NCBI GenBank assembly: GCA_002633005.1
Contig: NMRA01000121.1
Span: 129,877 to 193,876, forward strand
Reading direction: 5' to 3'
DNA: 64,000 nucleotides
From: Phoronis australis
Lineage: Eukaryota; Animalia; Phoronida
This document shows, piece after piece, positions 40,001 through 51,379 of this stretch. The position numbers were made by a program, and so were the translations under genes. The notes beneath the pieces are model-generated. The model was not told the DNA's origin. It ran no database searches and worked only from the letters and a program-made list of their open reading frames with translations. Each line of letters starts with the position of its first letter. The first letter of the stretch is position 1.

Positions 40001-43000
40001 TCACATTAATAGAGTCATGTGAAATGCAACAATTAAATGAATATGGAGAGTGTCTTTAAATGAATGTAAAGAGTGCAGTGAATTAATGAAGTCTTGAAGT
40101 ACAACAATTAACACCCACTCTTCCGATTTCTCCTTACCTTCATTCTCTAACATATATTGGAAACGACCAGATGGAGTGGTGGCATGAATTTCTCTGATCT
40201 TGTCCGATTTTAACCGAACAATTCCGACCAATCGATGCAACCAACCAACCAGATTGCTCCATTCAACCAACCAATCAGGGCCCTCTACTCAACCGACCAA
40301 TCAGAACCCTCGATTTGACCAACCAATCAGATTGCTCCATTCAACCGACCAATCAGAGTCCTTGATTCAACCGGCCAATCAGATTGCACGATTCAACCAA
40401 CCATTCAGAGCCCTCGATTCAACCGACCAATTACATTGCTCCATTCAACCGACCAATCAGAGCCCTCCATGCAATTCACCAATCAGATTGCTCCATTCAA
40501 CCGACCAATCAGCCGCTCGATGCAATTCACCAATCAGAGCCCTTGATTCAACCGACCAATCAGATTGCTCCACTCAACTGATCAATCAGATTGTTCCATT
40601 CAACCGACCAGATTCCAGAGAGCTCTGATTGGTCGGTTGAATGGAGCATTCTGATTGGTCAATGGAATCAAGGGCTCTGATTGGTCGGTTGAATCGAGAG
40701 CTCTGATTGGTCGGTTAAATGAAGCAATCTAATGGAAGGCTCTGTTTGCACTGTTGAATGGAGCAATCTCATTGGTCGGTTGAATGGAGCATTCTGATAA
40801 GTCAATGGAATCGAGGGCTCTGATTCGTCGATTGAATGGAGCAATCTGATTGGTCAATTGAATGGAGGGCTCTGATTGGTCGANAATAACTTCCAGACCC
40901 AGCTTTGGCTAAATCTGAAGTTCACTCACCATCCTGAGGCAAAGGGCAACGCAGCATTTTTTCTTTCTTTTTTTAATGCCCATCATTCACTGTTGGGAGA
41001 AGTGGTCAGCTAGCATTTAGTTGGGATTACTGATATTTTATGCTGCATCTAGTGGTGGTTCCTTTTTCACAAATTCTAAAATTATGGAATTCATTGTTAT
41101 CACGGAAAACATTGTGTCTCCAATACGTGAGAAAAGAAACTTGTATCCAACACCATTGTATAACATGATGGAACAACAAAATGGGTGACTTGTTTTGTGT
41201 ACACCACCGCTTATCAGAGTGATTTTAATTCCCCCAAAGATTGTAGTCAGAATTGAGTAATGCATCACAGATTGAACAAATGAGTGCATTGAATTAGTGG
41301 AGTCCATTGAAATGGGACAAATGAATGAGCAAAAAAGCAATGGACCCACGAAATACATTAGTCGCAACGTGGAACTCCTTCAAGAAACATCACAAATGAC
41401 AAAGAATAATGGAGATCGTGTGTAAATTCTGAAAATTGAATGAGCTCATGAAATAGACTTTTAATGCACCCCAAGGTATCATGTAGCCTGAGCATCACAA
41501 AGGGGCGATTTGACTTATGTACACCATTGGTTATCAGAATGCTCTTAAACTTCCCAAAGAATGAACCAAGATTTGAACGGTAGAAGCTTCACGGATCAAA
41601 GAAATAGTGCATAAACTTAATGGAGTCTTGTGAAGTGTGGCAATAATATCTGAGGAATTTATGTATCCAAAATATCACAAATCAACAATAAAACCAGAGT
41701 ATAGCATGATAGAGCCTGCAAAATAAACAAAGGTGTTGAGTGCAGGGAAGTATAATGCTAAAAATAAATGAAACTATAAAATGCGAAAACCAAATGGCCC
41801 ATGAAGCATCATTCAGAGTTAATGTCGAGGTAAAGTCCTACAGAGTTGCTGGTCAAACATGTCTCGCCAATGCAAAACGTTGATGGAAATAGGGACAACT
41901 GATTGCACCCATCAAATGCACTGAGTTGAATTGTATTGACTTACTACAGCTGGAATATGTTACAAAGAAAGGAAACCTGCAAATTGAAAGTGTTAAATAT
42001 GACAATTAATTTGTTTAACAAGTGAAAAAGGAAGGTAGGGGTGGTGAATGAGCACGAGACTACGAATTGAATTGTTAGCTGACTTTGAATTCAGCCCAAG
42101 GGAACATGTTGATCAAACATGGCAATCAAAACCATAGCTTTCTTTACAACTACAGTATTCAAAAAAATAACTTCCGGACTCAGCTTTGGCTAAATCTCAA
42201 GTTCATTCACCATCCTGAGGCAAAGGGCAACGCAGCATTTTTTCTTTCTTTTTTAATGCCCATCATTCACTGCAGGTGGGAGAAGTGGTCTGCTAGCATT
42301 TAGTTGGGTTTACAGATTATTTTATGCTGCATCTGGTGGTAGTTCCTTTTTCACAAATTCTAAAATTATGGAATTCATTGTTATCACAGAAAACGTGTCT
42401 CCAATATGTGAGAAAAGAAACTTGTATCCAACACCATTGTATAACATGATGAAACAACAAAATGGGTGACTCGATTTGTGTACACCACCGCTTATCAGAG
42501 TGATTTTAATTCCCCCAAAGATTGTAGTCAGAATTGAGTAATGCATCACAAATTGAACAAATGAGCGCATTGAATTAGTGAAGTCCATTGAATTGGGACA
42601 AATTAATGAGTCTGTAAAATGTTGTGAAATGAACATCAAAATAAAAGACCTGTAAAATACTAAACATAAATGAACTCCAGAAACTGGACGGATTAAGCAT
42701 CTGTGGTAATCTGGTGTGCCAAGTAGGGTTTACTGGAATTATTTTGTGCTACATCAAGTGGTGGCTCCTTTCTAAACAAATTGTCAAATTATGGAATTCA
42801 TATTTATCACTGACAAGTAATATTGTGTGTTGCATGTGTGAGAAAAACAACTTGTGCTTCTTTGTTGAGTTGTGCCAGACACCATTGTATAACAGGCTGG
42901 TAAAACAAAATAGGGACTTGACCAATGCTTATTTTGCCAAAGTGATATTACAGTTGCCATATGGCTCCCAAACAATGTAGTCATTCTGAATTTTGAACGG

Positions 43001-43800
43001 GATAATTGATTATGAGTTGAACTAAACATTGGGCCAAGTTAATGGAGTCACGTGTAATGCGATAATTGAGTCAATTATGTAAAGCGTCATCATATATACG
43101 GAGAAAAAAATGACCAGTAAATTATAAACATAAATTATCTCACAGAATTTAATGAATCTGCAATCGCATCGATAAAGAAACATTCACCAAAAGAATGTAT
43201 TTATTGATGAAAGTGGAAATGGAGAATGTTATAATTGAAGTCATGAGATGTGGTGAATTGACAAACCATTAAAAGGTGAGAAATAATTGGTTTGTGAAAA
43301 GTAAGGAATTTAGAATTCGTAGAGCAGAACAAATTAATGGTACAACGATGTCTGCCGAATTAATAATCACCTAAAAATACCACAATCAATATGCCGGTAT
43401 AGCATGTTGACAGAATCTGTAAAATTAACTATCGTATAGAGTTTGAGGATTCAGAAGCAATATGCCGGTACAGTGGTGGTTCCTTTTTCACAAATTCTAA
43501 AATTATGGAATTCATTGTTATCACGGAAAACATTGTGTCTCCAATATGTGAGAAAAGAAATTTGTATCCAACACCATTGTATAACATGATGGAACAACAA
43601 AATGGGTGACTCGTTTTGTGTACACCACCGCTTATCAGAGTGATTTTAATTCCCCCAAAGATTGTAGTCAGAATTGAGTAATGCATCGCAAATTGAACAA
43701 ATGAGTGCATTGAATTAGTGGAGTCCATTGAAATGGGACAAATGAATGAGTCTGTAAAATATCATTAAATGAACATCAAGACTTGTAAAATAAAAGTAGT
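34040..43800 (+). repeat. ~2.2-kb tandem macrosatellite, left arm (about 4 units, two with internal deletions, interrupted at 39630-40884)
   Basis: Marker ggtggtgaatgagca at 34581, 36781, 38972 and 42040 (first periods 2200 and 2191). Confidence 0.92.
40220..40883. repeat. 26-bp CCAAT-box minisatellite that inverts at ~40620
   Basis: tcaaccgaccaatcaga(gccctcgat/ttgctccat) units up to 40610, then reverse-complement units ctctgattggtcggttgaat. Confidence 0.92.
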
Positions 43801-44154
43801 CTTGAATGCAACTGGTAAATCAATGATGAGCAACAAATTTATTGTAATTTGTTGGGAGTAGTCTTGTGGCATTTAATTGGATTTATGCTGCATCAAGTGG
43901 TGCTTCATTTCTTTTAAAATGTAAAATTGTGGAGGTTATTGTTATCACTGACAATTGATGAGTCTGGAGTATATGAAGAAAGCAAGTTGTGTTTATTGGT
44001 TATCAAACTGCAGTGTATAAAATGTTGGAGGAACACCATGGATTCACTTGACTTGTATAGGCACTATTGATCAGAGTTGTCTTAATACCCTCAAGGAATG
44101 TTGTGATGGAGTGGTGGCATGAATTTCTCTGATCTTGTCCGATTTTAACCGAAC

Positions 44155-44412
44155 AATTCCGACCAATCGATGCAACCAACCAATCAGATTGCTTCATTCA
44201 ACCAACCAATCAGGGCCCTCTACTCAACCGACCAATCAGAACCCTTGATTCAACCGGCCAATCAGATTGCACGATTCAACCAACCAATCAGCCTCGATTT
44301 AACCTCGATTCCATTGACCAATCAGATTGCTTCATTTAACCGACCACTCAGAGCTCTCGATTCAACCGACTAATCAGAGCCCTCGATTCCATTGACCAAT
44401 CAGAATACTCCA
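44155..44412 (+). repeat. 26-bp CCAAT minisatellite, forward orientation, ends at a single N
   Basis: Same units as 40220-40610. Confidence 0.9.
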
Positions 44413-45663
44413 NTATCCTGGTCTTTGAGGTCATTAAGGTCATCATTAGCTGCAGCAAAACAGTGACCAAGAAGGAAATCACGAAAGGTACCTATAGAAT
44501 AACTAGATGAAAAGTAATTCTGGCCAAGAGCTGTCTCGGAGTAAGTCAGTATGATGTTAGTTTTTAGTTGGTCATGTAATATTCGTTTTTAGTTTTTGTC
44601 GTGTCAAACCTTATTATGTCCGACTTTTGTTTTTTTATTGAAAGCTTTTGATATGCTTTTATTTTTCTGTGAGGTTTCCCATGCATTTCACTTTTAAGCA
44701 GTAAAAGTTTCTAAAACTGTTTCACTGTAAATGTTGATTGAAAATTTCTGCACTTTGTGCTGTAGTTTTCAAAATGAAATGGACAATGTCGAAAGTTTCA
44801 GCACACAAAACAATGATTTAATATCCATGTATTTTCCAGTGGAATCCATTTAAATTCTGGCTAAATCTCGAGAAAATCTTAACAAGTGTTGCCTCGTGCA
44901 AATTTTCGAAACTGCGACAAATTACTGAGTGTGCATGTCCATTACATTAAACAAGAAAATGTAATTCCGAGGTTTGATATCGTTGGGAAACTTTTTTTCT
45001 TTCACCAATTCTAATTTAATGTTGCCCAACTTGTTCTCACCACAGCACCTTAAGGATATCATTCAGATTCGCCACACTGATGGAGATTTACTCCGTAAAC
45101 TGCCAAAAGATGGCGACGACTCTGCACCCATTGAAGGAGAGCCCCTATCTGATCTGTGCATTGTTCTGCCACGCGACAAGTGTCTCTCTGTTATTCGTGG
45201 AGTTGTGGCGCTCATCCTGGCCTTGTAATGTGGATCTTTTCTTGGTGGCTTGCAAGGTAAAGGGAGTGTCACGTAGTTTTCAAATCAAATTTTAGCAACG
45301 AAAATTTAGTATCTTCCAAAATGTTTAATGACGTATCTTCTTGTCAAAAATAGACAGAAATTCGGAGAAGAAATTTAGGCGAATTTTGTGCTGTATTTTG
45401 CCGTTTTTTTCTGGACTTTTTGCCTTAAATTTGTCAATGAAATTCCTCAACTTTTTAAAATAATACAGAAACTGTATTATTATTATTATTACCATAGTTA
45501 CTTATACTTTATTATCACCATGGTATATTTATTACAACCATAGTTACTTGTACTTGACATGGGGTTTAAGCTAGCAGATAAACAATGTAGAAAGTCTTGT
45601 TCATGAAGTGCTGCTTGGTAACATTACTACAAAACTCTAACAGTGGTTTATAATACGTTGTTG

Positions 45664-46007
45664 CTACATGCCTGATCCAGTGTTCAGTCATTATGTGTTC
45701 TGGTCACCAGTGGTCTCGGCACATGTCATTATTCATGTAGAAGTTGCCATTAAGGTAGGCGCTGTTTGCCTTAGGAAGGAACACTTTGTTAAAGTATTGG
45801 TCTATTTAGTTGAAGCATTCTCTCATTGTTGTTGCAAGGTGATTGCCAAGATCACAACGACCACTCGGCCAGCCATCAGTCTGTCAGAGGCTATGGCACA
45901 GGAACAGTTACAGAAACTTATCCTATTGTGCGCTAATGTGGAGTATAACCATGGCAACATTAGCTGGAGCGGTCCGTGGGCAGGGCATGCCATTGTCTGT
46001 CTTTTGC
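45664..46007 (-). pseudogene. Possible decayed coding sequence of unknown origin, truncated by an N gap
   Basis: The minus frame QKTDNG...PANVAMVILHISAQ*DKFL*LFLCHSL*QTDGWPSGRCD...RDHW*PEHIMTEHWIRHV has protein-like composition with 5 in-frame stops; the antisense frame is fully open. Confidence 0.3.
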
Positions 46008-46814
46008 NNNNNNNNNNNNNNNNNNNNNNNNNNNNNNNNNNNNNNNNNNNNNNNNNNNNNNNNNNNNNNNNNNNNNNNNNNNNNNNNNNNNNNNNNNNNN
46101 NNNNNNNNNNNNNNNNNNNNNNNNNNNNNNNNNNNNNNNNNNNNNNNNNNNNNNNNNNNNNNNNNNNNNNNNNNNNNNNNNNNNNNNNNNNNNNNNNNNN
46201 NNNNNNNNNNNNNNNNNNNNNNNNNNNNNNNNNNNNNNNNNNNNNNNNNNNNNNNNNNNNNNNNNNNNNNNNNNNNNNNNNNNNNNNNNNNNNNNNNNNN
46301 NNNNNNNNNNNNNNNNNNNNNNNNNNNNNNNNNNNNNNNNNNNNNNNNNNNNNNNNNNNNNNNNNNNNNNNNNNNNNNNNNNNNNNNNNNNNNNNNNNNN
46401 NNNNNNNNNNNNNNNNNNNNNNNNNNNNNNNNNNNNNNNNNNNNNNNNNNNNNNNNNNNNNNNNNNNNNNNNNNNNNNNNNNNNNNNNNNNNNNNNNNNN
46501 NNNNNNNNNNNNNNNNNNNNNNNNNNNNNNNNNNNNNNNNNNNNNNNNNNNNNNNNNNNNNNNNNNNNNNNNNNNNNNNNNNNNNNNNNNNNNNNNNNNN
46601 NNNNNNNNNNNNNNNNNNNNNNNNNNNNNNNNNNNNNNNNNNNNNNNNNNNNNNNNNNNNNNNNNNNNNNNNNNNNNNNNNNNNNNNNNNNNNNNNNNNN
46701 NNNNNNNNNNNNNNNNNNNNNNNNNNNNNNNNNNNNNNNNNNNNNNNNNNNNNNNNNNNNNNNNNNNNNNNNNNNNNNNNNNNNNNNNNNNNNNNNNNNN
46801 NNNNNNNNNNNNNN
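46008..46814. other. Assembly gap (807 N)
   Basis: Run of n. Other gaps: 31560-31639, and single or few N at 26029-26030, 28351-28353, 40884, 44413, 49050, 51934. Confidence 1.
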
Positions 46815-48086
46815 ACAAACAGCACCTCGGTACCTGACTGGAAGAGTATCACGTAGGTTTTAGGTTTTGGCAAGTGCAACCTGTGAGGGAATTGAAAGAA
46901 TGTTGCACAGATGTGAGATGCTCTTTCTGATCGAACATGAATGCAAACGGTGATCGAATTGTTTAATTTATTGTTCTTTGACTATCTTGTTTATATCCGT
47001 AAATTCCTCATTCTTTTTGCCTTTCAGTGCCTAGTCAAGGATTATGTTTTGAATTTATTTTTTGTGTTCAACTTCGTTGGCTACTTACCAGTTTTTGACC
47101 CATTGAATTCCAACTTTCATGGAATAAAACTCACTTCAGTTTAACATTACCATCAGACGTTGCCAAATCCTGAATTAATGTTGAGGTTATCCGTTTTTCC
47201 CGTTATGAAGAAATTTCTGTTGATCGCTTACTTGTTGCATTTCAATTGGTGTAATGCCGTGAAACTGTCCAACTTCAATGTTTAATTGACTCCAGGCCTG
47301 TAGGAAGGAAAAAATGATTGGGGCGGCACAACCTAATTTGACTTCGCCAACCTACCTTCTTGCTATCGTCATCCCCTCCTTTTCTGGATTTCACCATATT
47401 TGTAGCGAACCCCACCCCCACGTTCGCCATTAGGTGGGGGTAATACCGGGGATGCAGCCATCAGTATTTGAGTAACCATGAACCAACAAACCAACAAAGA
47501 TTCACGGAGAGTAAGAGTGCATCTAGGCCCCGAGTGCACTGACAGGTAGCTGGGAGCTGCATGAAGTAACTATAGCTGGGTTCGAAGGTCAAGGTTCCTT
47601 TTAGTATGATCCGTTTTCGGGAAAACTTCATTTCATTATGGGGATTCTTTTGAAGTAATTTTTGGAAAGGTGAGGTCCCGAGGTGCATGGTATGAGTGCC
47701 TTTGTGGCCGTTTCAGAATCCCTTGATGAAACACAGGCGGTTAGTCCAGTTTCTGGTTGCTGGGGAAAATGATGGAGTGTGTGTCCCAAAAATGTACACA
47801 CTTCAACGTCTGGGGTTCAAATTCAGTTTCCGTGGGTAACTGAGATTCTAAGCAGGCCTATTACATGGCTACACTTTATTTTTTACATGTGTGTGCGTGT
47901 CATGATGTCTTTCGTGCATGCGCGCACCTTGGGGGGGCTCGGTGCTCGGGTGGCTTGATGGCAATTTGGGCAAAAAGGTACGCCTCAGAGAAACGAAATA
48001 TCCTTGAAAGACGAGACGAAAGTCCACTAAAAAGGCAGGATACGGCGTATGCACTATTCATACCCCTGAATGAACCCCATATTCGT

Positions 48087-49049
48087 TTTTGTGCGCCCAC
48101 ATATTTATATAAGGACGCATCTCCGTCCGTCCGTCCGGGCGGCGTCCGGCGTCCGCTGCTCTATCTCCAAAACCCTTTGACATACGTTCATGAAATTTGA
48201 CACATGTTGCATTCATGACTGGGACGGCATGTGCGAACTTTCGGACGGATCCGACTACCAGTGTGCCCCCTAGTGGCAATTTTAGTTTTTTACGCTTACC
48301 TTTGTTACTTGAAAAGTCCTGAATGGATTTTCATGAAATTTGGTGTGTAGGCACTTATTAGTGAGATGACGCTATCCTCTTGTTTTCAGATGGATTCGAC
48401 ATAGTTTGCGCCACCTAGTGGCCATTTTTAGTGTTTTTGAGTCTGTTTTTGTGCGTCCACCCCTCTATCAACCAAACTGCGCAAAGGATGATTGTGAAAA
48501 CTGGCATGTATATGCTTACTATGTAGAGGACGGTTGACGATGATTTTCCGACGATTTCAACTACTGTGGCACCTCCGAGTGGCAGTTTTGTTTTTTTTGG
48601 CCTATGGCTGTATCTCCTAAACTGTTCCCAGGATCTTTACGAAATTGTGTAAGTATATTTATATGATGTTATCAACGGAACATGACAACTTTTGGATGGA
48701 TCTGACTTCCGGTGTGCCCCCTAGTGGCAATTTTGTTTTTTTACGCTTACCTTTGTATCTTCAAAAGTCCTGAACGGATTTTCATGTAATTTGATATGTA
48801 GGCACCTATTAGTGAGATGACGCTATCTTCCCGTTTTCAGATGGATTCGACATAGTTTGCGCCACCTAGTGGCCATTTTTACTGTTTTCGAGTCTGTATT
48901 TTTGCGTCCACCCCCCTATCAACCAAACTGCTCAAAGGATGATTGTAAAAATTGGCATGTATGTTCTTACTATGAAGAGGACGGTTGACGCTGAATTTTC
49001 CATGAGTTTGATTACTGTGGCGCCTCCTACTGGCAGTTTATATTTGCGC
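48087..49049 (+). mobile_element. HINE/DINE-1-like non-autonomous Helentron-type element, 3' end cut by a contig join
   Basis: 5' ttttTGTGCGCCCACATAT, (CCGT)n microsatellite, then ~150-bp tandem subrepeats in a ~450-bp higher-order pattern. Confidence 0.75.
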
Positions 49050-49050
49050 N

Positions 49051-49165
49051 TCTGATTGGTCGGTTGAACCTAGCAATCTGATTGGTCAGTTGAATTGAGG
49101 GCTCTGATTGGTCGGTTGAAACGAGGGCTTTGATTGGTCGGTTGAATCGAGGGCTATGATTGGTA
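49051..49165 (-). repeat. 26-bp CCAAT minisatellite, reverse orientation; start of the right arm
   Basis: tctgattggtcggttgaa units leading into the reverse complement of 39780-40225. Confidence 0.9.
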
Positions 49166-49550
49166 GGAATTGTTCAGTTAAAATCGGACAAAATCTGAGA
49201 AATTCGTGCCACCACTCCATCTGGTAGAAGGAAGGTAAGGAGAAATCGGAAAAGTGGTTGTTAATTGTTGTACTTCAAGACTTCATTAATTCACTGCATT
49301 CCATGGACTCTTTACATTCATTTCAGGACACTCCATATTCATTTAATTGTTGCATTTCACATGACTCTATTAATGTGATGCAACTATTTTGTTAAATTCA
49401 TTGCGCTACCCCCACTCAAATTTCACTACAAGTGAATGCATTGTGTTACTCCATCATTTTATACAATGCAGTTTGAAAAACAATAAACACAACTTGCTTT
49501 CTTCACATACTCCAGACACATCAGTTGTCAGTGATAATAAGCTCCACAAT

Positions 49551-49968
49551 TTTTCCGCGGAAACACGCGCATTTTATTATATTTCCTCGTAAAAAAATCG
49601 GATTTGATATAAAATGTCTGCGGAAAATTCCCTTCTTACCGCGGCGTTGCAGACGACGTTCACCTCGAAAAGCGGAATTGTCAACATTACCAGGGCACCT
49701 GGGATAGCGTGGTAGGATTTTCAATGGCGTCTCGTGTTATTGTAAACCGCAGCGACAACTACTATGGCTCCGCAGCCAAAAATGCGTGGGTTAGGAGTGG
49801 ACGGACGATCTAAAAGGACGCAGACGCATGCTACTGATGGTGGTAACGTTAGTCCTCCCGATTTTTGTCGGGGAAAGGTTCACATAGACCATTTCAAGGC
49901 TGGCTAGTGCGCATGTTTTGGGCCGTAAAAGTTTCCGCGTTTTTTGTCATTGGTCATTCCAAGCCCTG
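49551..49968 (-). mobile_element. ~420-bp GC-richer insert in the right arm, possibly a one-ended transposon fragment
   Basis: Absent from the mirrored left-arm position (~39705-39778), where it replaces ~75 bp. One end reads CAGGGC on the minus strand, a hAT-like terminus (weak). Confidence 0.4.
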
Positions 49969-50160
49969 AAGATTACAGATTACAATAAATTTGTTGCTCC
50001 TCACTGATTTACCAGTTTCGTTCAAGACTACATTTATTTGCAGCATTTCATGGATTCTTTACCACTGGAAATGTTTCTTTACCCATGACAGAATACAGAT
50101 TCATTAAGTCATCAACTCTCGTGCGTTCATTTATTTTAAGTGTTTTATATGCCATTTAAT

Positions 50161-51278
50161 TTTTATGTGCCCACATATTTATATGTGGACACATTATGCC
50201 GTCATCTCCGTCCGTCCGTCCGGGCGGCGTCCGTCCGGCGTCCGCTGCTATATCTCCAAAACCCTTTGACATACGTTCATCAAATTTGGCACATGTGTTC
50301 CATTCATGAATGGGACGGCATGTGCGAACTTTCGGACGGATCCGACTACCGGTGTGCCCCCTAGTGGCATTTTCATGAAATTTGGTATGTAGGCACCTAT
50401 TAGTGAGATGACGCTATCTTTCCGTTTTCAGATGGATTTGACATAGTTTGCGCCACCTAGTGGCCATTTTTTAGTGTTTTCCAGTCTGTTTTTGTGCGTC
50501 CACCCCTCTATCAACCAAACCGCTCAAAGGATGATTGTGAAAATTGGCATGTATATGCTTACTATGAAGAGGACGGTTGACGATGATTTTCCGACGATTT
50601 CGACTACTGTGGCGCCTCCTAGTGGCATTTTTTTGTGCCTATGGCTGTATCTCCTAAACCTTTAGCACGATATTTACGAAATTGTGTAAGTATATTTATA
50701 TGATGTTAACAACAGAAGATCACGACGTTTGGACGGGTCCGAGTACTGGTGTGCCCCCTTGTGGCAATTTTAATTTTTTACGCTTACCTTTGTATTTTCA
50801 AAAGTCCTGAACGGATTTTCATGAAATTTGGTATGTAGGCACCTATTAGTGAGATGACGATATCCTCCCGTTTTCAGATGGATTCGACATAGTTTGCGCC
50901 ACCTAGTGGCCATTTTTACTGTTTTTGAGTCTGTATTTTTGCGTCCACCCCTCTATCAACCAAACCGCTCAATGGATGATTGTGAAAATTGGCATGTATG
51001 TGCTTACTATAAAGAAGACAGCTGACAATGATTTTCAGAGGATTTGGAGTACTGTGGCACCTCCTAGTGGCAGTTTTGTTTTTTTTTGCGCCTATGGCTG
51101 TATCTCCTAAACCGTTCGCAGGATCTTTACGAAATTTAATGCCTTTCCATTTTGCAAAGTACAACATACTACATATATGCCCTCTACTGGCCACTTTATG
51201 GTACCAATAAACAATCCTAGAAGGATACCGTATACGGTGCACTTGTGGGCACATTTCAATGCTCTGCGTTGCTCTTGT
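50161..51278 (+). mobile_element. Complete HINE/DINE-1-like non-autonomous Helentron-type element
   Basis: 5' subterminal repeat tgtgcccacatat (50166-50178) with adjacent partner atatgtggacaca, then (CCGT)n and central tandem repeats. 3' subterminal repeat gtgggcaca (51245-51253) and short 3' hairpin caatgc-tct-gcgttg. T-rich insertion site, no TSD seen. Confidence 0.8.
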
Positions 51279-51379
51279 AAGTTCATTTAATGACACTATT
51301 CAGACTCATTCAATGACCTCTATTAACCTTTTGTACTTTATGTAGGTTTTTTAACTTTTACCAAAATAGGACATCGGTA

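Noticed and set aside
40200-40628. 142-aa repetitive ORF
   Set aside because: Translation of the 26-bp minisatellite; no evidence of coding
45668-46879. Five long ORFs of 295-389 aa
   Set aside because: Artefacts of reading through the 807-N gap
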